This document shows positions 31,093 through 39,773 of a stretch of DNA of 64,000 nt, piece after piece. The stretch's first letter is position 1; every line of letters begins with the position of its first letter. The position numbers and the translations under genes are program-made. The notes beneath the pieces were generated by a model. That model made no database searches. It was given only the letters and a program-made list of their open reading frames with translations, and was not told where the DNA came from. This stretch comes from a bacterium (GTDB lineage: Bacteria; Verrucomicrobiota; Verrucomicrobiia; Limisphaerales; UBA11358): assembly GCA_021780905.1 (NCBI GenBank), contig JAJXXW010000028.1:45358-109357 (forward strand). The letters run 5' to 3'.

Positions 31093-32598
31093 ATGCCCAA
31101 GCGCACCGACATCCACAGCGTCCTCATCATCGGCGCCGGCCCGATCATCATCGGCCAGGCGTGCGAGTTCGATTACTCCGGCACGCAGGCGTGCAAAGCC
31201 CTCAAGGAGGAAGGCTACCGCGTCATCCTCATCAACTCCAACCCGGCCACCATCATGACCGACCCGGAGTTCGCCGACCGCACTTACATCGAGCCGATCA
31301 CGCCCGAGTGCGTGGAGAAAATTCTCATCCGCGAAAAAGCGGAAATGAAGAAACTCGGCGCGCAGGGCAAACTCGTTTTGCTGCCCACGCTCGGCGGCCA
31401 GACGGCTTTGAACACCGCGATGGCGCTGCATAAAAACGGCGCATTGGAACGCCACGACGTGGAGATGATCGGCGCAAAACCGGAAGCGATTCACAAAGGC
31501 GAAGACCGGCTGGCATTCAAAGATTTGATGCTATCCATTGGGCTCGACGTGCCGATTTCCGGCGTGGCGCACAACATGGACGAGGCCCGCGCCGTGGCGG
31601 ACAAAATCGGCAAGTTCCCGCTCATCATCCGGCCCGCGTTCACGCTCGGCGGCACCGGCGGCGGCATCGGTTACAACCGCGACGAGTTCGAGGAGATTGC
31701 CAAACGCGGCATCGAACTTTCGCCCGTGAACGAAATTCTCATCGAAGAATCCCTCCTCGGCTGGAAGGAATACGAGATGGAAGTCATGCGCGACAAGGCC
31801 GACAACTGCGTCATCATCTGCTCAATCGAGAACTTCGATCCCATGGGCGTCCACACCGGCGACAGCATCACCGTCGCGCCCATCCAGACGCTGACCGACA
31901 AGGAATTTCAGATCATGCGGGACCAGAGCTTCGCCGTCATCCGCGCCGTGGGCGTCGAGACCGGCGGCTCGAACATCCAGTTCGGCGTCAGCCCGGAGAA
32001 TGGCCGCATGGTCATCATCGAAATGAACCCGCGCGTCAGCCGGAGCTCCGCTCTGGCATCAAAAGCCACGGGCTTCCCGATCGCCAAGATCGCCGCCAAA
32101 CTCGCCGTCGGCTACCTGCTCGACGAACTCAAGAACGACATCACGCGCGAAACGCCCGCCAGCTTCGAGCCGAGCATTGATTACGTCGTCACGAAAATTC
32201 CGCGCTTTGCCTTCGAGAAATTCCCGCAGGCCGACCCCACGCTCACCACGCAGATGAAAAGCGTCGGCGAAGCGATGGCAATCGGACGAACCTTCAAAGA
32301 ATCCCTCCAAAAATGTCTCCGCTCACTCGAAATCGGGCGCAGTGGACTCGGCGGTGACGGCAAGCCATGGCGAATTGGAACAGAAGTTTACGGCGACCGC
32401 GACATCCTCCCGCGCGACGTCATCAGCCGCAAACTGAGCGTGCCCAACGCCGAGCGCATCTTCTTCATCCGCCACGCCCTGCGCGCCGGCTTCACCATCG
32501 AGGAGATTTTCAACCTCACGAAGATTGACCGCTGGTTCCTGGTGCAGATCAAGGAGATCGTGGATTTTGAGGAAGAGTTGGCTGGGGCGAAGAATTAA
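31093..32598 (+). CDS. carB: Carbamoyl-phosphate synthase large subunit, N-terminal half only (501 aa)
   Basis: [53 protein letters not shown]; stop after EEELAGAKN. Confidence 0.93.
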   Translation: MPKRTDIHSVLIIGAGPIIIGQACEFDYSGTQACKALKEEGYRVILINSNPATIMTDPEFADRTYIEPITPECVEKILIREKAEMKKLGAQGKLVLLPTLGGQTALNTAMALHKNGALERHDVEMIGAKPEAIHKGEDRLAFKDLMLSIGLDVPISGVAHNMDEARAVADKIGKFPLIIRPAFTLGGTGGGIGYNRDEFEEIAKRGIELSPVNEILIEESLLGWKEYEMEVMRDKADNCVIICSIENFDPMGVHTGDSITVAPIQTLTDKEFQIMRDQSFAVIRAVGVETGGSNIQFGVSPENGRMVIIEMNPRVSRSSALASKATGFPIAKIAAKLAVGYLLDELKNDITRETPASFEPSIDYVVTKIPRFAFEKFPQADPTLTTQMKSVGEAMAIGRTFKESLQKCLRSLEIGRSGLGGDGKPWRIGTEVYGDRDILPRDVISRKLSVPNAERIFFIRHALRAGFTIEEIFNLTKIDRWFLVQIKEIVDFEEELAGAKN

Positions 32599-32618
32599 AT
32601 TATCGAGGAACAAAACAA

Positions 32619-33719
32619 ATGCCAAACACACCTGAACAAGTATTCGTCACAGACGGATTTCCTGATTTAACTTATGTGGGACAAGCTGGTGGACGACTTG
32701 AGACCGAACTGAAAGAAGGTTTGGCCCAAGCCAATAAAATTGTCTCCATCGTTGGTGAATCAAAAACAGGGAAAACAACTCTTTGCGATAAAATTTTCGG
32801 AAAAGAAAGAATTCTCGTAACTGGCGACCGTATTGAAAATGAATACAGCCTTTGGTCAGAGGCGTTTCGACAGCTACAATCACCTGTTACCAGTGGTTAT
32901 GCAAATAATTCTGTTGGTGAAACAATTGACCTGTTAATTCACCGTGGTCTTCCAGTTGTTTTGGATGACTTTCATTATGTGAAACGTGAATTGCAAGGCG
33001 CGATCTGCCGACAAATGAAGAATGCTGCAAGCAGGGGACTACGCTTTGTTGTTTTGAATACCCCCCACCGCGTTGATGATCCTGTTCGTAGCAATCCCGA
33101 CATGAGCGGACGTTTCTTTGAGGTGAACGTTGGCTTTTGGTCTGAAGAAGATCTCGTGCAAATTGGATTGAAGGGGTTCGCCAAGTTGGACTTGAAAGTT
33201 GCAGAAGATGTTATTCGCGTTCTGGCACGCGAAGCGCTCCGCTCGCCGCAGTTAATGCAGACTCTTTGCCTGGAAACCTGTCGGGTTTTATCCGCTGACA
33301 TACCTTTTGAACATCAGGAAGTGACCGCTTTGAACTTTGACTTACAGAAAGTGAAGGATAAAGCCGTTCGGTCATACAACTACAGCACGCCGCTCGATTC
33401 ACTACGAAACGGACCAGAAGAAAGAGGTAGTCCCAGAAATATTTACAGCCTTGCCGATGGAGCTGAGGGTGACGTGTATGAAGTGCTTGTTCGTATCCTT
33501 GCAAGCAACCCTCCGTTTTTGACAATTAGCTTGGACGACTTGAAAGATCGGGCTGCAAAACTTGTTCGTTCATCCCAACAACCGAACATTTTGATGGCAC
33601 TTGGAAATACACCCAAGCTCTTTAATAGCAGACCACCGATACAATGGGATGGAGGAAAAAAGCAGCTTACGGTTGTTGATCCTCATTTTTATTTTTATCT
33701 TCGCTATAAAGGTAAATAG
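32619..33719 (+). CDS. P-loop NTPase (AAA-like), AT-rich
   Basis: Walker A GESKTGKT, Walker B VVLDD; A/T-rich codon usage. Confidence 0.8.
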   Translation: MPNTPEQVFVTDGFPDLTYVGQAGGRLETELKEGLAQANKIVSIVGESKTGKTTLCDKIFGKERILVTGDRIENEYSLWSEAFRQLQSPVTSGYANNSVGETIDLLIHRGLPVVLDDFHYVKRELQGAICRQMKNAASRGLRFVVLNTPHRVDDPVRSNPDMSGRFFEVNVGFWSEEDLVQIGLKGFAKLDLKVAEDVIRVLAREALRSPQLMQTLCLETCRVLSADIPFEHQEVTALNFDLQKVKDKAVRSYNYSTPLDSLRNGPEERGSPRNIYSLADGAEGDVYEVLVRILASNPPFLTISLDDLKDRAAKLVRSSQQPNILMALGNTPKLFNSRPPIQWDGGKKQLTVVDPHFYFYLRYKGK

Positions 33720-33759
33720 ATTTTCGTTTTCGCGGCACTAATGTTTGCGGCCGTCCGAA

Positions 33760-34339
33760 AGCTCCGTCAGGAGCGAAATCTTTGTAGTCATCCGCGCCGG
33801 TTTTCCCCATAACCCTCATCCTGCTTCGCCACCTTCTCCCATTCCCACTGGCGAAGGACACAGCCCCGTCGGAGCGGCATATTCCGGTGCTGGCGCACGG
33901 CCACCAGACTGAGCTTGAAACCTTGTTTGATTTTGGATGCTATAACTATGCCGCTCCTGACGGCGCTGGGCGGATTGAAAATAGCCCAGCCTTTCAAGGC
34001 TGGGTGGTTGGCGCACGATTGGTAAAAGTCCCGCGAGGGACGGCAGAACGTTTCTTTCGTCCCTGACGGGACTTGTTTTGTTTGCGCATGGTGAACCCAG
34101 CCATAAATGGCTGGGCTATTTTCCAAAATCCCAACGGGATTGGATCATTCAGCCCAGCGTTGACGCGCAGCGGCTACACTGGGTCAACGTCCAAACCAAT
34201 TTTCTACCGCAACGCGGTTGCATCACGTTTGCGCCCGATGCAATCCCTTCAGGATTGATTTCATTTTGTGTCGCCACCCGGCGTAGTCCGATTTCATCGG
34301 CCAACGCTGGGCTGAATGATGAAATCCCTTCGGGATATT
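33760..34339. repeat. Stack of palindromic miniature elements
   Basis: Inverted-repeat pairs 33861-33881/33947-33968, 33977-34005/34095-34123 (nested pair 34026-34042/34058-34074), and about 34128-34165/34298-34337. Confidence 0.8.
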
Positions 34340-34400
34340 CCGCGCGGCGCCCTTTGCCCCATTCGTCCACCTCAAACCGCCTTTGGCCGATTCTCCCCAG

Positions 34401-34442
34401 AAAATAAAAGCCCCCCCCGACGTTTTGGCACGCCGGAGGGTT
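34401..34442 (-). terminator. Probable rho-independent terminator
   Basis: Minus strand CCCUCCGGCG-loop-CGUCGGGGGG followed by UUUUAUUUU, just after the stop at 34459. Confidence 0.6.
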
Positions 34443-34458
34443 GTGATTGCCGATTTTT

Positions 34459-35070
34459 TTAACCCGCAAACGTCACGCTGACGATGTCGCTCGGAATGCC
34501 AATCTGGTCATCGCCCCAAAGGCCGAAGGCCTGGTATTCCCGCACCTCGGATTGGCCGGGCACAGCCAGCGGCGTGTGGTCGTCGTAGGGCGAGTTGGTG
34601 TCGCGGGAGACAAACTTCCACGCGATCTGGCCCTTGAGCCGCGAATACAGGTTGATGCCGTCCGCGCCGTTTTTGGTGAACTTGATGCGCACATAGCCGC
34701 TGAAGGCCGTCACGGTGATCTGCGCCTGATAGGTTTCGGGATGGAACGGCGCACTGCCGCTGACAATTTGCAGTTCGGTGGCGATGGCGTCGGTCATGCC
34801 GTCGGTGACTTTCCATTTGGCAATCTCGCCGCGCAGGCCGGCAAGGCTGGTGTCCATCTGGGTTTGCTTGGCCTGGGACGCGGCGAGCCAGACGTTTTTG
34901 GCCTGATCCGCCGTCTGCATGGCCGTGAGCAGCGCCTCACACCAGCCGGTGATGTTGGTCAGCCGTGCCGGCGTGATTTCAAGTTCGGTGACGTGCTTGG
35001 GCACGTCCGTCTTGAGGTTGATGAGCCAGTTTTTCAGGCCGCCATCGGTGGTAGGAACATAGTCTGCCAT
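34459..35070 (-). CDS. Hypothetical protein (helical N-terminus, FN3-like beta-rich C-terminus)
   Basis: 203 aa with normal GC3-rich codon usage; ends EVREYQAFGLWGDDQIGIPSDIVSVTF. Confidence 0.8.
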   Translation of the reverse strand: MADYVPTTDGGLKNWLINLKTDVPKHVTELEITPARLTNITGWCEALLTAMQTADQAKNVWLAASQAKQTQMDTSLAGLRGEIAKWKVTDGMTDAIATELQIVSGSAPFHPETYQAQITVTAFSGYVRIKFTKNGADGINLYSRLKGQIAWKFVSRDTNSPYDDHTPLAVPGQSEVREYQAFGLWGDDQIGIPSDIVSVTFAG

Positions 35071-35295
35071 AGTTTTGCTCCGTTTCTGCTCCGGCCAGTG
35101 GCCGGTTTGGTTTTTGTTTGTCCCGAACCCTCCATTTTGGGCCGGGATGAATTTATTGACACGTCCCGAAGTTATTAGAACTTCTAAAACTATCTAGTAG
35201 TTGCATTTTTCAGTTTGTAATATACAGATGATTAGACAGAAGTGTTTCTAGTTTTGGCGGCAAATTGGGTGGGAAAGCGCCTTGTTTCCGGGTCT

Positions 35296-35576
35296 ATTTC
35301 AGAAATATCTCAGGAAATTTTAGAAAATCCCACGGGCCGGACGGAAGTTGGGCGGGCGGCGGGCGAAATGTCCGGGGATATTTCCGGTTTGCTCCGGGGT
35401 CGCGACAGAAATGGCTCGGGACATTTTGCTCCCCACCGGGGACACGGCGGAAGTTGCCCCGGCAACTTTGCCCGGCGCCCAAGGGTGGAACGGAAATTTC
35501 CCCGGCCACAACGCTCCGCTCCGGGGAGATTTCACTCCCAGCCGAAGACATTTCTCCGCCTGCCCGCCAAACTTCC
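35296..35576. repeat. Degenerate 21-nt periodic array with a 30-bp inverted repeat
   Basis: GAAAT/GAAGT-like at 35302, 35323, 35344, 35365, 35408, 35450, 35493. ATTTC/ACTTC-like at 35296, 35317, 35380, 35423, 35465, 35529, 35550, 35571. Inverted repeat 35343-35372 / 35547-35576 (25/30). Confidence 0.7.
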
Positions 35577-35687
35577 GGCGACGCCATTCACTTTGGGTAT
35601 TCGTATCTGGCTGGGCGATAATCTGCTTTGCCGGCGTAACGATTCATTCGACTTTTAACCTACCGAATGGTAGGATGGCGAGCCTGT

Positions 35688-37022
35688 ATGAAAAAACTGA
35701 CGCTGTTTTCGCTGGTTCTCGGTTTCGCCCTGGGGGTCGCCGCCGCTGACACCAACGCGCCCGCGTGGCTGTCGCGCCCGCTGTCCCTGGCCGACGCGCT
35801 GAACACCGCGCTGACGCAGAACGCGACCATTCTGAAGGCCAAGAACGATCTCGAAGCCTCGCACGGCCTGGTGGTGCAGACGCGCGCGGTGGTGCTACCG
35901 CAACTGCAGGCCAGCGGCAAATATCAGAACCAGGAAATCACCTTGTCTCCCAGCGGCGTGCCCTTCGCGGTGCCGCATCAGAATTGGAATGGCGGCGTCC
36001 AGATCAGCCAGGCCATCTACGAGGGCGGCAAGCTGCGCGCCGCCATCCAAGCCGCGCGGGCGACGGATCAGCAGGCCATCGCGCAATACGACACGGTGGT
36101 GGCCGACACCTTGTTGAACGTGCGGCTGGCGTATTACGACGTGCTGCTGGCCGCGCAGCAAATCATCGTTCACGAGGCCTCGGTAAATCTGCTGCAAAAG
36201 GAGTTGGACGACCAGCAGCGCCGCTATGACGCCGGCACCGTGCCGCATTTCAACGTGCTGCGCGCCGAGGTGGCCGTGGCCAACGAACGGCCGAACCTCA
36301 TTCACGCCCGCAACCAGCATCGCATCGCCAAAAACAATCTCTCCAACCTGCTCGGCTACAATCTGCCGCGCGCGGTCTGGGAAAATCTGCCGCTCAACCT
36401 CACCGACAATTTCGACACCGCGCCGTGGAACGTGGTGCTGCCCGACGCCATCCAGCAGGCGCTGGCGCGGCGCACGGAACTGCTCGCGCTGCGCAAGCAA
36501 ACCGAACTGCAGCAGCTCAACATCGTCAACGCCAAGTCGGGCTACAAGCCGACGGTGCAGGTGTTTGCCGGCTATAACTGGATCAATAATCCGTTCAGCG
36601 CCGATGTAGGCAGCGAACTGGACGGCTGGAACGCCGGCGCGCAGATGAGCTGGGCCATCTTCGACGGGTTGCTGACGCACGGCAAAGTCGTGCAGGCCAA
36701 TGCGCAGTATGCCCACGCCCAGACCGACCTCGCCGACCAGTCCCGCCAGATCGAACTCGCCGTGCGCACGGCGTATTCCGATTTCATCGAGGTGCGGGAG
36801 GTTTTGGATTCACAGGCAAAAGTTCAGGAGGAAGCCGATGAGGCGTTGCGCGAAGCCAACGCCCGCGCCGAGGCTGGCACCGGCACGCAACTCGACGTGC
36901 TGGACGCCGAAACCTCGCTCACGCAGGCGCGCACGACGCAAATCACGGCCCAGCACGATTACGCCGCCGCGCGCGCCCGGCTGGAACGGGCCATCGGCGC
37001 GGATCTGGTGCCGCTGAAATAA
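35688..37022 (+). CDS. TolC-family outer membrane protein
   Basis: Signal peptide, LSLADALNTAL..N, RYDAGT..FNVLRAE, GTGTQLDVLDAE. Confidence 0.9.
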   Translation: MKKLTLFSLVLGFALGVAAADTNAPAWLSRPLSLADALNTALTQNATILKAKNDLEASHGLVVQTRAVVLPQLQASGKYQNQEITLSPSGVPFAVPHQNWNGGVQISQAIYEGGKLRAAIQAARATDQQAIAQYDTVVADTLLNVRLAYYDVLLAAQQIIVHEASVNLLQKELDDQQRRYDAGTVPHFNVLRAEVAVANERPNLIHARNQHRIAKNNLSNLLGYNLPRAVWENLPLNLTDNFDTAPWNVVLPDAIQQALARRTELLALRKQTELQQLNIVNAKSGYKPTVQVFAGYNWINNPFSADVGSELDGWNAGAQMSWAIFDGLLTHGKVVQANAQYAHAQTDLADQSRQIELAVRTAYSDFIEVREVLDSQAKVQEEADEALREANARAEAGTGTQLDVLDAETSLTQARTTQITAQHDYAAARARLERAIGADLVPLK

Positions 37023-37104
37023 TTTCACCGCGCGAACATAAATTGATTTTGAAAAATCAATTTGCCGGTTGCGGTGACGCCGGCTTTCGCGGATTTTATT
37101 GCGC

Positions 37105-38652
37105 GTGAAAATTCAACGCGCCCTGCTTTCGGTTTCCGACAAAACCGGCCTCGTGGCCTTCGCCCAAATCCTCGCCGCCGCCGGCGTCGAACTCATCTCC
37201 ACCGGCGGCACCGCCAAGGCGCTCCGCGAAGCCGGCCTCGCGGTGAAGGACATTAGCGAGCACACCGGCTTTCCCGAAATGCTCGATGGCCGCGTGAAGA
37301 CGCTGCATCCGCTCGTCCACGGCGGCCTGCTCTACATTCGCGGCAACGCCACGCACGAGGCGGCGGTCAAACAGCACGCCATCCAGCCGATTGATCTCGT
37401 CGTCGTGAATCTGTATCCGTTCGAGGCCACCGTCGCCAAGCCGGATGTGAAGCTGCATGACGCGATTGAAAACATTGACATCGGCGGGCCTTCGATGCTT
37501 CGCAGCGCGGCGAAGAATCACGACAGCGTGACGGTCATCGTGGACCCGTTTGATTATGCGGAAGTGGCGAAACAAATTTCCGAAACCGGCAACACCACTT
37601 TGGAACTCCGCCGCAAGCTCTGCGCGAAAGTCTATGCGCGCACCGCCGCCTACGACGCCGCCATCGCCACGCATCTGCAAAGGGAATTTGCCGCCGACAA
37701 GACGGCGCTGCCGCAGGTGCTGACGATTTCCGCCCCGCTGGCGCAGCCGCTGCGCTACGGCGAAAATCCGCACCAGACGGCGGCGCTTTACGGCAAGTTC
37801 CACGACTTTTTCCAGCAGCTCCATGGCAAGGAACTTTCCTACAACAATATTTTGGACCTCACGGCGGCGGCGGCGCTGATCGCAGAATTCAAAAACGACC
37901 GGCCAACCTTGGCGATTTTGAAGCACACGAATCCGTGCGGCGTCGGCCAGGGCGCGAATCTGCGCGAGGCGTGGGACAAAGCTTTTGCGACGGACAAACA
38001 GGCACCGTTTGGCGGCATCATCGCGGTGAACCAGACGCTCGACGGCGCTTGCGCGGAGGCGATCTCGGAAATCTTCAGCGAGGTCATCGTCGCGCCGGAA
38101 TTCTCGGCGGCGGCGCTGGAGATTTTGCAGAAGAAAAAAAATCTCCGGCTGCTGCAAATCCAGAAATGCCCGCTGTCGGCGCAGCCGTGGGACCTGCGCA
38201 GTGTCGGCGCGGATTCCTTCCTGCTCCAGCAGCGCGATTTGAAGGTGACGAAAGCGGCGGATTTGAAAATCGTCACGAAGCGGCAGCCGACGGAAGCGGA
38301 ATTGAAAGCGATGACCTTCGGCTGGCGTGTGGTGAAACACTTGAAATCAAACGCGATTCTCTACGTCGGCGATGGCCGGACGCTCGGCACCGGCGCGGGC
38401 CAGATGAGCCGCGTGGACAGCAGCCGCATCGCCGTCTGGAAAGCGGGCGAGGCCAAACTGCCGCTCGCCGGCAGTGTGGTTTGCAGCGACGCGTTTTTCC
38501 CGTTCCCCGATGGTCTCCTCGCGGCGGCGGACGCGGGCGCGACGGCGGCGATCCAGCCGGGCGGCTCGGTGAAGGACGCGGAGGTCATTGCGGCGGCGGA
38601 CGCGCGCGGGATGGCGATGGCGTTCACCGGCGCGCGGCATTTCCGGCATTGA
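37105..38652 (+). CDS. purH: Bifunctional AICAR transformylase/IMP cyclohydrolase
   Basis: [62 protein letters not shown]. Confidence 0.97.
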   Translation: MKIQRALLSVSDKTGLVAFAQILAAAGVELISTGGTAKALREAGLAVKDISEHTGFPEMLDGRVKTLHPLVHGGLLYIRGNATHEAAVKQHAIQPIDLVVVNLYPFEATVAKPDVKLHDAIENIDIGGPSMLRSAAKNHDSVTVIVDPFDYAEVAKQISETGNTTLELRRKLCAKVYARTAAYDAAIATHLQREFAADKTALPQVLTISAPLAQPLRYGENPHQTAALYGKFHDFFQQLHGKELSYNNILDLTAAAALIAEFKNDRPTLAILKHTNPCGVGQGANLREAWDKAFATDKQAPFGGIIAVNQTLDGACAEAISEIFSEVIVAPEFSAAALEILQKKKNLRLLQIQKCPLSAQPWDLRSVGADSFLLQQRDLKVTKAADLKIVTKRQPTEAELKAMTFGWRVVKHLKSNAILYVGDGRTLGTGAGQMSRVDSSRIAVWKAGEAKLPLAGSVVCSDAFFPFPDGLLAAADAGATAAIQPGGSVKDAEVIAAADARGMAMAFTGARHFRH

Positions 38653-38657
38653 AATCC

Positions 38658-38682
38658 GGCCCGCGAGGACGCCCGTCCCACC
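38658..38682 (-). repeat. Single REP-like element between convergent genes
   Basis: Minus strand GGTGGGACGGGCGTCCTCGCGGGCC. Confidence 0.5.
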
Positions 38683-38721
38683 CATTCATTTCAACCACGC
38701 GAAATCAATGCGCGTGGTTTT

Positions 38722-39111
38722 TTATTTCAGCAACCGGTAGATCAGGAAGAACTGGAAAGCTGTAATGCCGGCGAGCAGGAGCCAGACGGAAAATTCGCGC
38801 AGGCGGAGTCCGCGCTGGAGCGGCGCGGCGAGCCAGAACTGGATTTTGGCGGAGCCAAAGGCGATGACGTCGCCGTTGCGCAGGCGGGCGGATTGTTCCG
38901 GCTCCGCATTGATGGTGGCGCAGGCGTCTGGCGCGGCGTGGAGCCGAAAGCCTGCCGACGGGTCGAATTCCAAGGTTAGGTGCTGGTCCCAGACGCCGGG
39001 AGCTTCGAGACGCAAATCATTTTCCGGCGCGCGGCCGATGCGGAAAGGGAAACGGCGGACGACTAGAGTGTCACCCGCCGTCTGTCCGGAGAGAATTTTC
39101 AGTTGAATCAT
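38722..39111 (-). CDS. FHA-domain protein with C-terminal transmembrane helix
   Basis: FRIGRAPENDL, LRNGDVIAFG, hydrophobic C-terminus; TGATG coupling to wza. Confidence 0.8.
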   Translation of the reverse strand: MIQLKILSGQTAGDTLVVRRFPFRIGRAPENDLRLEAPGVWDQHLTLEFDPSAGFRLHAAPDACATINAEPEQSARLRNGDVIAFGSAKIQFWLAAPLQRGLRLREFSVWLLLAGITAFQFFLIYRLLK

Positions 39112-39740
39112 CAGAAAATCCGGCGGCTCACTTCAATCTGGTCGCCGGGATAAACGGGCGGGTCGGGATCCTTGCCTTCGAGGATGCGGTTGACATTGAG
39201 CTTGAACCGGTCGCCGTTGACGCGGATCAGCCAGACCTTGCTGCGTTTGGCAAAGTCGGTAAAGTCGCCAGCGGAGGTGATGGCCTTGCTCACGGTGATC
39301 GGCCCGGCGTAAATCAGGCGGCCGGGCGACCGGACCTCGCCGCGAATATAATAGACGCGGTCGCTGCTCGTCGTCACGGTGACGTTCAGGTGCAGATAAA
39401 TTTTCGGAACGTAAAGGTCGTGGATGGTGTCTTCGAGTTCGCCGATGGTTTTGCCGGCGGCTTTGACGTCACCAATGTCCGGCATCGAGATGGTGCCGTC
39501 TTCCTTGATGGGCTTGTTCAACGGTTCCAACGGGGTCGGCAGACCGGAAAAGCTGATGGAAACTATGTCGCCAACGTGCAGGCGGGGAACATTGGCTTCG
39601 CCGGGATTGCTGACAAAGCGTGGCGGAGCCATCGGATCCGGCTTGCTGGCGGACGTGGAACAACCGGCCAAAGCCAGTGTCAACACAGGCAGCAACCAAA
39701 GAAATTGGCATGCGGAGAAAACGGATTTTGGTTTCATCAA
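39111..39740 (-). CDS. Polysaccharide export lipoprotein (Wza/SLBB)
   Basis: Lipobox LAGC, GDIVSI, DGTISMP.IG, GEVRSPG, AGDFT, YPGDQI. Confidence 0.88.
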   Translation of the reverse strand: MMKPKSVFSACQFLWLLPVLTLALAGCSTSASKPDPMAPPRFVSNPGEANVPRLHVGDIVSISFSGLPTPLEPLNKPIKEDGTISMPDIGDVKAAGKTIGELEDTIHDLYVPKIYLHLNVTVTTSSDRVYYIRGEVRSPGRLIYAGPITVSKAITSAGDFTDFAKRSKVWLIRVNGDRFKLNVNRILEGKDPDPPVYPGDQIEVSRRIF

Positions 39741-39773
39741 ATAAAAAATTTCAGCATCGCGGCGGAAGGGAGG

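Noticed and set aside
33667-34469. Several short ORFs
   Set aside because: Explained by the palindromic repeats; no coding signature.
35294-35658. Short ORFs over the 21-nt array, and a possible CRISPR reading
   Set aside because: No protein-like signal, and register slips break the frame. There are no conserved 23-47 nt repeats and no cas genes, so it is not a CRISPR array.
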